From the NCBI GenBank assembly GCA_951406725.2, contig OX597815.1:57660001-57724000 (forward strand): a DNA stretch of 64,000 nucleotides, written 5' to 3'. Shown here in pieces: positions 40,073 through 52,399 of the stretch. A program made the translations under genes and the position numbers. The notes beneath the pieces were generated by a model that had not been told where the DNA came from, did no database searches, and worked only from the letters and a program-made list of their open reading frames with translations. Source of the stretch: Octopus vulgaris. Taxonomy: Eukaryota. The number at the start of each line of letters is the position of its first letter. The stretch's first letter is position 1.

Positions 40073-43000
40073 CAGTGTTGCCAACTCAAAATCAGAATTT
40101 ATGCTAAATTTCAGTAGAAAAGTAACAAAAATAAAATGCTAAAAAATGCTAAATATGACAAAAAAATGCAAAAGACTAATTATATCAAAAAGCTTAATTT
40201 TTATTTACATTTTATTTACTTTCTCTAATTATAGTCAGCATTGAGAAATAATTTCTTGAATTTCACTGATTTGATCACTTTCAGCTGCTGTGCCTAGGTC
40301 TTGACTTCTGTATACATTCAAGGTTCCAATCTTGTTAATTATGTGTTTTGGAATATCGAAGTTTTTGCAACATTTACCATATCTTTTCAGGCCATATTTT
40401 ATAGACATTATTGATGCATAGGAAGATGCATTTTGTTTTTCAATTTTGATTTGATTACACCCATACTACTGAACAACTGTTCAACTTCTGCATTTGAGTT
40501 TGGTAATGTCAATAGATTAATGGCAAAATTTGCAAAATCTCCAAAAGGATTTCCTCCAGTAGCATCTTTATATTCCAAGACTTCCAAGCCAGAATGCTTC
40601 AGTATTAGATGTATTTGTCCAGTTAACTAAATGAATGCTATTAAACTGAATTTCAATTGAAGCAATTTTTTCATTTAAATGTATTGCTCTTTGAAATGCT
40701 GCAAAATATTCTCTACTGTAAAACATTTGGTATTCCTCAGTGTATTAATATTTCCTGACAAATGATGCTTGAGCTCTTTATAAAGGCAGAGGAAAAATTG
40801 TTGTGCTCTTTTGCGATATTATTTTCTTCGGTGGCTGTTACAGTCTTCTTGATAATCATTTCTGCTATCTTTCTCTTGAACCTGCAGTTTAAATTTGGTT
40901 TAGGATCCAGAAATTTTTCAATAGAAGCATCCAGATCAAGAGGATCAATTCTACATGTTGGCAACACTATCATATTAGCAACAAATTTGATCAAATTTGA
41001 AAGATCTTCAGGTAATCTTGTTTTGTCGACAGTGTTTGATTCAGTTTATTCACTTCCTGAACATGTTTTAAAATTGGATGCAAAAATAAAAGGTAAAGTT
41101 CATTCCTAGAATCACAAAACATTTCATGTAATATTTGTGCTGTAAAGCATTTTTCCTTTGTAGTTGTAGTTTGGAAGTGAGTTTGCAATTCAAACCATTG
41201 GCTTAAAATTCTATCTACCACTGGTTCTGTTGACAGCCACCTAGTTGTGCAAGAATTCACAATCTTCAAAGGCTCTTTATCACTGATAGCAAGGTGAAAG
41301 TTGTTTGTAGGCATTTTGTCTTGTTGAAGAATGAGAGGACCATTTATAGGTTTCAGATACTAAAAATTCTAAATTTATGAGCAAGCATTCAGCACAGTGT
41401 AGGATACTGCTAACTGTAAAGAATGAAGTAATAATAATGAAGTAATAAATAGAAGTAATAATGGAACTTCTTTTAATTTCTGGAAGACGCCATTATTGAC
41501 TCCTATCATTACTCTAGCATTGTCAATTCCTATAGATAGTAAATTTTTTATAATTAATTTCTTTTTCACTAATTCAGCTTTAAGGCATCTACAATGCCAT
41601 CTATATCACATGATTCTAAAGATACCATACTGAGAAAGTGTATGTGGCACTTTTTTGTGAGTGCCACTGTAATCTGTATATATATAAGGCAGGATGTGTG
41701 TGTACGTGAATATAGTTTATGCACACCCACAAATTAGCACACATGTTGCTCAAATTTTAGGAAGACATTCGTCACGACCCTAGCTGTATTTTCGTCAAAT
41801 TATTTTCCCTGAGGCACCCGCGAATAGCAGTAAATAATTTTGAGCCATAACTTCTAACAATTTTCAGGCGGAGAAATCCACCATTGTTTACAAACCAAAC
41901 ATGAGTTAAGTCCCCTTCTAGCAACAGTGTAAAGAGAGGAAGGGAGAGGGAGAGAGAGATAACAGATTTTAAAAATTTCGTCTTTTTAGGGGTTGTTATG
42001 TATGTATGTATGTATGTGTGAATGGCTTCAGTCACACACACACACACGAGCATGTATGTGTACAAAACACATGTATGCAATGTGTGTGTGTATGTGTGTG
42101 TTGCCCGTATATATATATATATATATACACACAATATAAACGATATTCTCCGTTTCTCCACAACTAATTTCCAAATTAGCTGAATCCATTGCTCTACTCA
42201 TAGTGATATATAGCTGGTCGTGCGTGAACATGGGAGGGAGCAGAGGTTACCAGAGCAAAAGACCTACGTGTTGACTGTAGACACGCTCCTTCGCAAACGA
42301 TCAGCTATTATTTTGTAAACAATGTTTCGAAACTGTTCATGTTTTCGAAAGGAGAGATCTGACTTTCACATCTCTGCAGGAGAAGATAGGCTTCTCTATT
42401 CCTGTTACAAAACTTACATCCGGGTGCCAAATTTGCTTGGGTAAGAGGTGGTGGTGAGACAGTGGCAGAGGCAAAGGCGTGCAAACACATGTATGCAATA
42501 GGTGTATGTACATATATGTTTGTGTGTGTTGCCCATATATATATATACTTAGTTGTGATCTGAACATAACCGCTTCTCACACAGGATCAAGGGCCCTTTT
42601 GGGTGTTCTATTTTCCTTGCTGGAAGGGTTCTCAACCCATGGTCAAAGTGGGGTTACATGATGGGGGTGGTGTTTTCAAAAGGGTTGGCATATGCAACCT
42701 GATCACCTGTGCCAATCAAACACCCAACCCATGCGCTTCCATCGTGATACTGATTCTGTAGAACTGGGTTGGGTATGAAAACCAACTTTAAAGTATAAAT
42801 AAAGATGTTTTTGAATCAGCAATGTTCGGTTAAGTCCTATTTGGGGTGAAAAATCAATAAACTGATTCCTTATGGGATTTTCCATTTAATCAGGATAAAA
42901 AGAAATCGATAAACTGATTCCTTATAGGACTTCCCACTAAAATTGGTTACACCCCATTTTCAACCATAACGTCTACCAATTTTGATGTATTTTGTTCAAA

Positions 43001-43500
43001 CTTGATGCCAGCATTACTTAGGACTCATGGGGTCTTTGAATGCTTTGAGTTCTCCAAAAATGAAAAAAAAAAACAATCGATGAGTGGAAAAAATCAATAA
43101 ACCTATTCCTTATGGGATTTTCCAATCAAATTGTCTGCAAAATTTCTGCCAAAAGTTTACCAATTTCAACGGATTTCCCTCAAATTTGACATCGATGTTA
43201 CTAAGTTTGCTTTGAAATAAAGAGCTTGATTGGCTTAATAATCCTAACTTAATCCCGAGCAAAGATGGGCTATACTGCTAGTTTATAACAATTCCTAACA
43301 ACTTGTTTATCGATATATCATTGGATTCACCTAATAACAGTCTAAATTTTCTATCTCCTATATCAGAAATCAAATCTCCATCAAAATATGGAGCTAGAAC
43401 ATTTCTCACAATATTTGCACATTTTATATGATGCAACTTCACTTTGGATATAATATCACTGTCAGACATTTTAGGATGTTGGGGCTCACAGAGGAAATGA
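40073..43500 (-). mobile_element. hAT DNA transposon relic, split by a Helitron
   Basis: Terminus CAGTGTTGCCAAC at 40073; motifs LL.ES.DIS..K.LGIVI, GIDNA.VM.G.NNGV, HSLQLA, TRWLS, SNAEVEQLFS. The other TIR was not found. Confidence 0.8.
41673..43281 (+). mobile_element. Non-autonomous Helitron inserted in the hAT transposase
   Basis: A|TCTGTATATATATAAGG ... CCCGAGCAAAGATGGG...TGCTAG|T. Removing it restores the hAT frame GIVIN|YSG with no TSD. Confidence 0.88.
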
Positions 43501-45039
43501 CAACAATGGACCAAGATGTTTGTCAATATGAGGTTCCAGAGAAGACCCACCCATGTCAGCAAAACTGAGTACGTGAAACATTGTATCCCATCCACATGTA
43601 ACAACAAACTTTTCACAAGAAACTGAACTACATCTCCTCTTCTAAACTGCATCTTTCTCTTCCTCACATTTCCTCTTCATAAACTATGATTGTCTTCCAA
43701 ACCTCTTTCCTGCCCTTACTGCATTGCTACTCCCCCCCCATTTTTCTACCCAGACTTTTTCCAGTTACTACAATCCCCACTCCCTGCTTACACCTTCTTG
43801 GCAACACCTAACGGTGCTCTTTCTCTCTCTCTCTCTCTCACTGGGTAACTATGTGTCTCCTCTATAACTAACCACCTATTTCTGCCTCTCTAACCTTTCA
43901 TCATCTGATACTGGATCACCTCGTCCAATGCCCCCTGTTTCTGCTGCAGCTGCCTCTTTGTTACACTCTAACCTTTCATCCCCTGACACAAGTACCCTAC
44001 CTCAAATGCCTCTGCCCCTCTCATAATTCCTTGTCTTGTGAGTTACTTGGTTACGCTACAGTACTGGTGCCATGTAAAAGGTATCCAGTCCACACTGTAA
44101 AGTGGTTAGCATTTGGAAGGGCATCCAGCTGTAAAAATCATGCCAAAACTAACCTCACCTATGCTAGTGCCTTATAAAAAGCACTAAATCCACTCTGTGG
44201 AGTAGTTGGTATTAGGAAGGGCATCCAACCATAAAAACCCTGTCAAAACAGACACAGTAGCCTAGGGTAGTTTTTCTACCTGGCTAGCTCCTGTCAACCA
44301 TCCTTCCCATGCATGCATGGAAGATGGATGTTGACCCGTTCACTCTGACTTTTGTACAATCAGTTTTTATTTTATTTTTTCACATTTTCCACTTCTTTAA
44401 ACCTTCATTATATGCCATAATTAGAATTTTATTTTATTTTTTTTATCACTACATATGATTTTTGAATGTGGGACAAAAATGTCTCAATAGTATTCTAACA
44501 AACAAATACTTGGGACTATCCTATCCCGACAGTATTTCACATGCATGTTAGCAAGTTCGGAAAATTACGGAAATAAATCCTACAGTTTATTTCAAACACA
44601 AAATGAAGCTATAATTGCTTTCTCATATATTTATTATAAATTATGATTATTTTTTCAAATAACACTTATAAAATAATATATATAATGACCCCTTCCAAAT
44701 AATACTTATGAAATTGACCGATACCTTGGTTATAAAATACGAATCTCAGAGGATGAAAAATTTCAAATAAGAGATTTTAACCTTTCAGCTTGTTACTTAT
44801 CTTTCATTGTATTTCTGCGTGTATCATCATCATAAACCCTTATTATTATTTTCTCTCTATTCTGTCTTATTCAGCACCATGCCATCATGTAAATATAGTT
44901 CTATAGTTTCGTCTTACTGTTAATGTCTTTTCATCTTACTTGTGGATGTCTGAGATAACCTTAGCTCACGTATTTCTTTAATTTGCAACATATTCTTTCA
45001 CTCTTCTATGAAAGTTTATCACACGATCACAGTCATTCA

Positions 45040-45546
45040 TCTCTAATCTTGTCTTTCTCCAAATCCCGGAACCATTCCTCCCGCGTGTTGTGACCCCCCT
45101 CCCACTGGCTCGCTATGTGCCTATCTATCTATCAGCCTTCACTCTGTCTCTTTTAATTCCTAACGCATGGTTGCTAGTTCGCGGTTCACCCACCCTCCAC
45201 CTGTGCCAGAGGTCCCTATTTTGTCTTCCTTTGCTTATCTCCCATGAACACCTCTAAAGGCCTTACGCCAACCCCACCCCTACTATATAAGGTAGTGATT
45301 ATACAATGCAAAACATAATAGTGTAGTGTACGCAGGTTGAACTTAAGACTATTGTTTGCTTATGAATTCTGCCAAATGCGAGCTCTCTTTTCAGGTACAT
45401 GACGCCACTGCTCCCCATCCCAGGGTCCCTAGGGCCCATTCCTCCCACACTCTCAGGGTTGGCTCTCTCAACGTCAGCAAACTGAAAGGTAGGTCTGGTG
45501 AGATTGTTGAGATGCTTGAACGGAGATGTGTCGATATGTGCTGCAT
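45040..45546 (+). mobile_element. 5' fragment of an RTE LINE (leader and endonuclease N-terminus)
   Basis: LRVGSLNVSKLKGRSGEIVEMLERRCVDMCCI at ~45450-45546. Upstream boundary uncertain. Confidence 0.7.
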
Positions 45547-45774
45547 ATTTTGTGGAAAATTTGACCTTCTTGCCTTCATCAAATGTTCTGCTTCATTTAC
45601 CAAGAAATTTATAAATGGTGGTTTCATATGATGAATTTCAGAGTGAATAACATAGCTGTTATATACAGCTGTCATCAGAAACCTGAAGAACACTTTAGTC
45701 CATCATTTTCTGCTTTTTTGATCCAGTTCATGCAATGTTACCATTTGATCAAAGTGATCTACTCCAGTCATATA

Positions 45775-46910
45775 TCTCTATATATATAAAACTGAGAATG
45801 TGTGTCTGTCTGTCTGTGTGTTTCCCTAAAACTTGAGAGCTACACAACCAATTTCATTCAAATTTTACACATGCCTTACTTGGGGTCCGGGGAGTGTTAT
45901 CGGCAAATTTTTAACATTTTGCCTAGGGCGAGCCCACAGCAATATCATATCTTCTCCACTACAATTCCCTAAAACTTGAGAACTACACAACCAATTTCAT
46001 TCACATTTTACACATGCCTTACTTAGGGTCCATGTAGTTTCATGGGCAAAAAAAAAATGTTCAACTTCTTGCCTAGAGCGAGCCCATAGCAATATCATAT
46101 CTTCTCCACTATTTCAGTATTACGTGTTAAAAGTGAAACAAAAACATTTCTCTATTTTATGTCAGATACTTTCACTTTAACAATAAAAATAATAATAACA
46201 ATTGAATTATATGTAGTAAGTAATAATTAAAATCAAACTAAAGTATAATATAATCGTAACATAACAAAAGTAAAAATAGCAATTGGTATAAAATTGCATC
46301 AATGACTTGAACTTGAATAAGTGGTTTCACATGAATGGGAATAAATTAAAAATAAAATTAGCATGCAGAAATGGAATAGTCCAGATGGATAATAAAAAAA
46401 TTAAATTAAAGAAAAGACTATTGTCTATAAAGTATACAAAAGTATACAATGTAGAGAAAAAAGATTTGAACACCTGGAGGAAAGCACCATTGAAAAGTGT
46501 CTTGGTGCGACTATGAAAGATATCTAACCAGAGGCGGTAAATTCGACACAATAGAAGCAAAGTTCAAGTCGATGGAGCGTGTATGGGAGTACTCGACTCG
46601 AACTTGCAAAGTGGAAATATTTTATTTTTACCTTTATAAATTAAAAATGTCCCCCCAGAAGTAGAGGTAGGCTGGATTGTAGCCACACTTCTATACAAGA
46701 GGGAGGACGAGATACAATTGATCGAAATTGCAAGAGACGGGCCTACAATTCCAGTCTGTTACATATTTTGAGTACTGTTATCACTAGCGATATCAAGATA
46801 TAACTTTGTATTTTGTATTATATGTGTAGATGTATATATATAGATGTACGTGTAATATGTACACATATATACATGCACTATGACCTGGCAACGACGGGTC
46901 ATAATGCTAG
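45775..46910 (+). mobile_element. Non-autonomous Helitron inserted in the piggyBac transposase
   Basis: A|TCTCTATATATATAAAACTG ... hairpin TATGACC/GGTCATA, ATGCTAG|T. Removal restores YNK|YMTGVD. Internal ~140-bp tandem duplication at ~45825-46110. Confidence 0.88.
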
Positions 46911-47279
46911 TTTGTTATAAAAGATAATCGCTTCTGGACAAGTGAACTCTTTCTTTTTTCATCCTACTCCTTACGCTGTAACCCTGATTTGTGCCATCCC
47001 AAACCATTTTAAATGAAGAAAATTCACTTTAGTATTAAAAAATCTTTTCTCGGGATTCATGTGTCCCATTAGGAGTGAAGGGGTTAAATGATGTTGATGA
47101 TGATACCATCAAGGCTTATAGTTTAATGTACTTTCTCCTTTATTTTCCTTTAGAAAAACTTATACCACATGCATAGCTATTTTCTAATTATTTGGTTTTA
47201 TTTTAGGATTTTTCAATGTGTTTTTGTTTATTAATAACTTATTCCTGAATATTTAATTTCTTATCAATCTGATTTTCAG

Positions 47280-47436
47280 ACGAGATTTCTATAAAATACT
47301 TGGTGTTTCAAAATCTGCATCACTAAATGACATAAAGAAGGCTTATAGAAAGAAGGCTAAAGAGATGCATCCTGACAAGAATCCAGATAATCCCAAAGCT
47401 GCAGATCAATTTCAGGATTTGGGTGCTGCATATGAG
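47280..47436 (+). CDS. DNAJB11: DNAJB11 coding exon 2 (J domain with HPD)
   Basis: ttttcag|A...GAG|gtat, 157 bp. [52 protein letters not shown]. Confidence 0.97.
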
Positions 47437-49277
47437 GTATAATATTTATTGATGTAACTTTAATCTAAAACGTTTATAATAATAAACAAAGTTAACCAAA
47501 ATAAAAACTGGTCTGCATGATAATCAAAATGCTTCTGATTTTCTTTCCTTTATTCTTTTTCAAATATATTTCTTTTGTGTGTAACACAATTTAAGGTACA
47601 AAAATTTTAAGGTATAAACCACTAGTCAAAATTTAATCATCAGCTTTTATTTTGCCTGATGAAAAAAAACGATATATTGAAAATTATAAAAATATACATA
47701 TTCTTCACAAATCCATACTTTATTTTCTGAATAATATTTATTTACTTGTAGTTTGTCTCATTAGACACTCCTCGTTTCATCCTTTGTCTTACAATCCTTT
47801 CCATTACCTGTTTGTTTTGATAGGATTATTTCAGTGTCATAATTCTCATGTTTTCATTCTCCTTAGTTGTATTTCATCATCATTTTATGTTCAAGTTCCA
47901 TGCTGGTATGGGGTGGATGAGTTGACATTTCCAAGGATAGCATCATGCTCCAATGTCTGCTTTGGCATATTTTCTACAACTAGATACCCTTGCTAATGCC
48001 AGCCACTTTACAGTGTCATGGGTACTTCTTTCATGCTACCAGCACTCTTGAGATCATCATGCTGCTTGCATGACTACAAACCCTGAGAAAAGTGGGGAGT
48101 CAACTTCATGCTGGTGATTGAGGAGATACAGTATGATAAGAGGGACATAGCAGATTCTTGTAGTAAAGCCACATGGTTACACACATTTAGTTTAAGAGGG
48201 TGAGAATTATCAGTAGGAATTGTGAAGAGATAGTTATTAGATATGAGGTGTCCTGGTGGCCCTCTCAAGGCCCTGGGTGGGTAGAAGATGATGGGTGTGA
48301 GGGGGTTGGAAACTTTTATGGGGAGCAGCAGATGAAGGGATGGTAGGACAGCCTGCAACTGCAAAAAAGTTGGGTAGATTTGAAGAGTGATGACCAATGA
48401 ATCATGAGTTGGAGAAGGATAGGGGGGATGGGTGAAGGGACAGTGGAAGGATAGTAATGTTGCAGTCAACAGGGGGAGGATATAACAAGTTTAGGTCATC
48501 TGCAGGAATAGAAGAGGTAGGCATAGGGCATATGAGAGATAATTTTGGTTTGTTGAGAGTGGATGTGCAAGTGAATCAATGTAATGTGAATGGAGAGCAA
48601 AATATACACAGCACTTCCAGAACTCAGCTTTGCTGGGGTGGACAGGTCTTCTCAAGAACCTCATATCACCAGATGTCCCATTCCTTTGTCATCTTGAGAT
48701 CTGCCCTTACCACTTCAACCCTTGTCTTACTGGGTTTCCCTGTTCCACAAGTTTGATCATCTTTAAGGGATTGGCACTTCTTTATTCAGCTGTCCTCATC
48801 AATATGCATCCTGTGACCAAACAATCACAGTTTTCTCTTTGGCATGTTACATCTGTTTCTTCTTATAACTAACTTTTCTCTCAACATATTTGCATTTTGT
48901 CATACACGGACACTGATATTGTACATTCATTGGAGAATACTAGTGTCATTCTTCTCTAATCTTCACATATCCCCTGCATTCAGGGCCCACATCTCACTAC
49001 AATGTAGCATAGCTGTTCATACACAAGCATCACACAATCTGCCTTTCATGTTGAGAGAGAGAGACCTTTTATTGCCAACAGCAAAAATTTTTCTGTCCTC
49101 TAGCAACTACACTTTTAGAACACCCAGATCTTTCCTGTTGCTATCACAGTTTTTGAAATTTTAAAATTAAGCGAACATTTTCAAATTTGATATATAGATG
49201 TAATTTCTCATGCTGAATCTGATTTTGTTCTTCACTTGTTCCAGAAAAATTTTAGAAAAATATATACAGAGGTTTAA

Positions 49278-49459
49278 CCCTTCAGTATTTAATCTAACCA
49301 GTTATATATTAAAACTGATCAGATACAGCCTCCCACACCTACCTTACAATGTCATTCTAAACATGCAAACACAACAGTGAAATCTTGAAGCTACAAAATA
49401 ATGTGTGATTAATTCAAACAATGTAAATAAATAAGCAAAGAAATATGAATGCTAAATGG
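49278..49459. mobile_element. TTAA-flanked MITE (piggyBac-like); related diverged copy at ~51960-52190
   Basis: TTAA|CCCTTCAGTATT...AATGCTAAATGG|TTAA, imperfect TIRs. Confidence 0.5.
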
Positions 49460-49489
49460 TTAAAGTTTGATAATTTTTACCCAATTAGA

Positions 49490-49850
49490 AATCACCTCTC
49501 CTCATTTATTCCAAAGAGGGCCAGGGTCATTTCATGTGCAGAGAAGATGATGGCCTGTCTTCAGAAGGACCACACCATCAATGGAGAGTACTATGCCAAC
49601 TTACTGAGGCAGTTATGAAAGGCTATCAAGACTAAATACCCAGAAAAGCTAACGAAAGGGGTCCTGTTTCACACAAGTCCTTCATTTCAATGGCTGCTGT
49701 CCATGACTGTGACTTTGAACTGTTTGATCACTTTCTCTATTCTCCTAATTTGGTCCCATCTGACTATCATCTGTTCCCTAACATGCAAAAACACTTGGCT
49801 GGGAACCAGTATTGCAACCAGAACGTCTATTGATAGTTGCTTCTGATAGG
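49490..49850 (+). mobile_element. mariner transposase relic
   Basis: TINGEYYANLLRQL.KAIK.K.P.KL.KGVLF and YSPNLVPSDYHLFP (YSPDLAP motif). Confidence 0.75.
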
Positions 49851-50766
49851 GCCCTATGTAGGAGATACCTAAGGACTTTACTCCCACAAGCCTCCCAAGA
49901 ACAGTGGGTGGAAAAGACGACAGACGAACCAACCAATCATCCATCTGCTAAGTTTGGAGTTCAGTTGATTTTTTTTTTAATGGTTAACATGACTGCTATT
50001 TATATTCTGAAGTCCAGTATTAACTCAAAAGTGAAAAGGAATGTACATTTGATTGATTCAAATTAGTGCAAATGTTACTTCTTTTTAATTGACTTCAGTT
50101 CCTTCCTTGACAACCTGAAGTCAGTCACCTGGAATTCAGTAGTCATTCTCTTATATTAGATTTCATTTAGCTACCAAAATGAAAACTTTCTGTTAGTTTC
50201 TTTTTGTGGGGTATTTGTAGTCAGTTGCCATAATGCAAAAAGGCAAAGAATTTTAAGAACTAGCTTGGTGAATGTGTGTAAGTAATTGGTTCATGTGAAC
50301 AGTTCTGGACCCCACGAATCCCATTGCTGATCCTACCAAGAATCAAAGTTTGACTGTTAGATAGCACGACATATATTACTTTTTAAGAGCCCTCTAAGAA
50401 AAATAAAAGCCTTTGTGGACATGTTGCTAGCTGTCTCAGTGAAATTGTTTAAGTGCTTCAGACTTCAGCACAAGAATTGTTAATTCTATCTTTCTGGATT
50501 GCAATTTGTGGTCTTTCATAGATTCTATGTTATGAGAGTCAAGTTATTATCATATAGGATATCCCATAACAAAATTTATTATTGATTCCTTCCGAATGTT
50601 ATGATGAATACATGCATGCACAACCATACAATGATAACTATTTCTATTTTAAATAAAGCTTCTGTTAATTATTTGGTACCTTATATAAAGGATTTTTATT
50701 TATTTGTTTAGAAAAAATTATACTTAAAATGTGGCTTGACTGTTTAATTTTATAATTTGTTCACAG

Positions 50767-50858
50767 ATACTCTCAGATCCTGAGAAGAGAAAAATTTATG
50801 ATCGCCGTGGTGAGGAAGGTTTAAAACAAGGAGATATGAGTGGTGATCCTTTCTCAAG
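50767..50858 (+). CDS. DNAJB11: DNAJB11 coding exon 3
   Basis: cacag|ATA...AG|gtag, 92 bp. ILSDPEKRKIYDRRGEEGLKQGDMSGDPFS(S), in frame with exons 2 and 4. Confidence 0.95.
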
Positions 50859-51676
50859 GTAGTTTTTAATGTATATATTTGTATATGAGAATTATAACTT
50901 GTGAATCTTTCAAAATTGACTTCAACTTGAAACTGTTGCCTTAAGTTCCTGCAAAACAAAGTTTGTCATTTTGGTTTCAGTTCCTGGCTATATTACACTT
51001 TATAAATATTCTAATTCTCATTAAAACAGTATGGTGAACATAAAGACTTTTCATTATCTCTTAAAGCCTTTTCTGCCTGTACAAGCAACCAATATTAGTT
51101 CATTGTGACATGATTAATTTACATATAAATATTTTTGAGTGAGAAAATGTTATAACACTGAAAGAGTAAAAGAATCCAGGTTAGGCATCAGCAAAATACA
51201 AGTTAACTGAGTTCTTTTACTGGTTTCAGTCATTAGATTGTATTCTTACTAAGGCAGTTACAATTTCCTTTATACAAATAGTTCAGTGGAGGATATATAA
51301 AGAGAAAGAGGCTGGTGTCTGGTTACCTCACAATTGTTGTTGAATACAATTCAAATAGAAGACCCAAAATGACCAGGTAGACTTAAGGATCCTTGGTCTA
51401 TGCTAACCTGCCATGTCAGTCAGTCTGTAAAATTCTGCAAGTTATATAGCATAGAAAATCTGAACGCTCTACATTCAAATTCTAGTTAGATTTTTTTAAA
51501 GTAGTTTATACCAGCTAACTGATATTTTGATTCAATTCATCATTATCTCTGTTTTAACCCTAATCAGTTAAAGAGTGCTGTAAAATGCAGCAACATTTAT
51601 CATTATATATTGTAGTCTTTCATAAATGTATTTTTCTTTTCCTTCCTTGATTTTCTTTCTGTAATCTTTATTACAG

Positions 51677-51794
51677 TTTTTTTGGAAATTTTCATTTTGG
51701 CAAAGATCCTACACCTGATGTAGTCCGTGGTGGAGATGTCATTATGGATTTAGAAGTCTCTTTAGAAGAACTTTATTCAGGCAATTTTGTAGAG
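51677..51794 (+). CDS. DNAJB11: DNAJB11 coding exon 4
   Basis: ttacag|T...GAG|gtaat, 118 bp. FFGNFHFGKDPTPDVVRGGDVIMDLEVSLEELYSGNFVE. Confidence 0.95.
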
Positions 51795-52399
51795 GTAATT
51801 TTCAAACTTCGATTTTTGTTAGTTATTTTTACACTTGACTAAAATTTATAAAATATTTGATAAAACAGAATTATATGAGATGTCATGTTGCATCAGCATA
51901 AATAAAATTTAAATTTAGAATCATATTTAATATGTATAATATTTTTCAGTAAATATGTTTAACCTTTTAACATAAAAAAGATTTCTGTCAAATGTTATGC
52001 ATATTTATTCACATTGATTTGAATCAGTCATGCATTACCTTTTAGCTTTGAGATTTCAATGACATGATTGTTTATTTTTAGAGTTATATTTTAGGGTAAG
52101 TGAGAGAAGCCAGATCTGGCTGGTTTGAAAATACAATAGCTAGATTATTTTGGCTGGATAGGACTGCTTTAAATCTTATGAGTATTAAATATGATTCCAC
52201 CTTCAGAAAAATGAAATTGGATTAGTATTTAATGCATATAACAATTTGATAATATTCAATGACTAGGTCTGATTTTATTTTGGTTTATCTTTAGAGATGA
52301 AATATTTTATTTTTAATGCTTACATCTACACTATGTTTCATTCTGTTCCGTTTCTGATTGTCATCAGGTGTCTTATATCTAGAAGTGAAAGATTAAATA

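Larger units (their letters stand above)
44335..47083 (-). mobile_element. piggyBac relic with both termini, inserted in an RTE 3' tail
   Basis: TTGA|CCCGTTCACTC ... GAGTGAAGGGG|TTAA; transposase piece CPEAIIFYNK|YMTGVDHFDQ...W.KVFFR.L..AVYNSYVI; flanks rejoin to the RTE end GGATGTTAAATGATG. Confidence 0.8.

Noticed and set aside
40957-40969. GTTGGCAACACTA as the second hAT TIR
   Set aside because: It lies within the transposase coding region, which continues for more than 2 kb beyond it; no TSD was evident.
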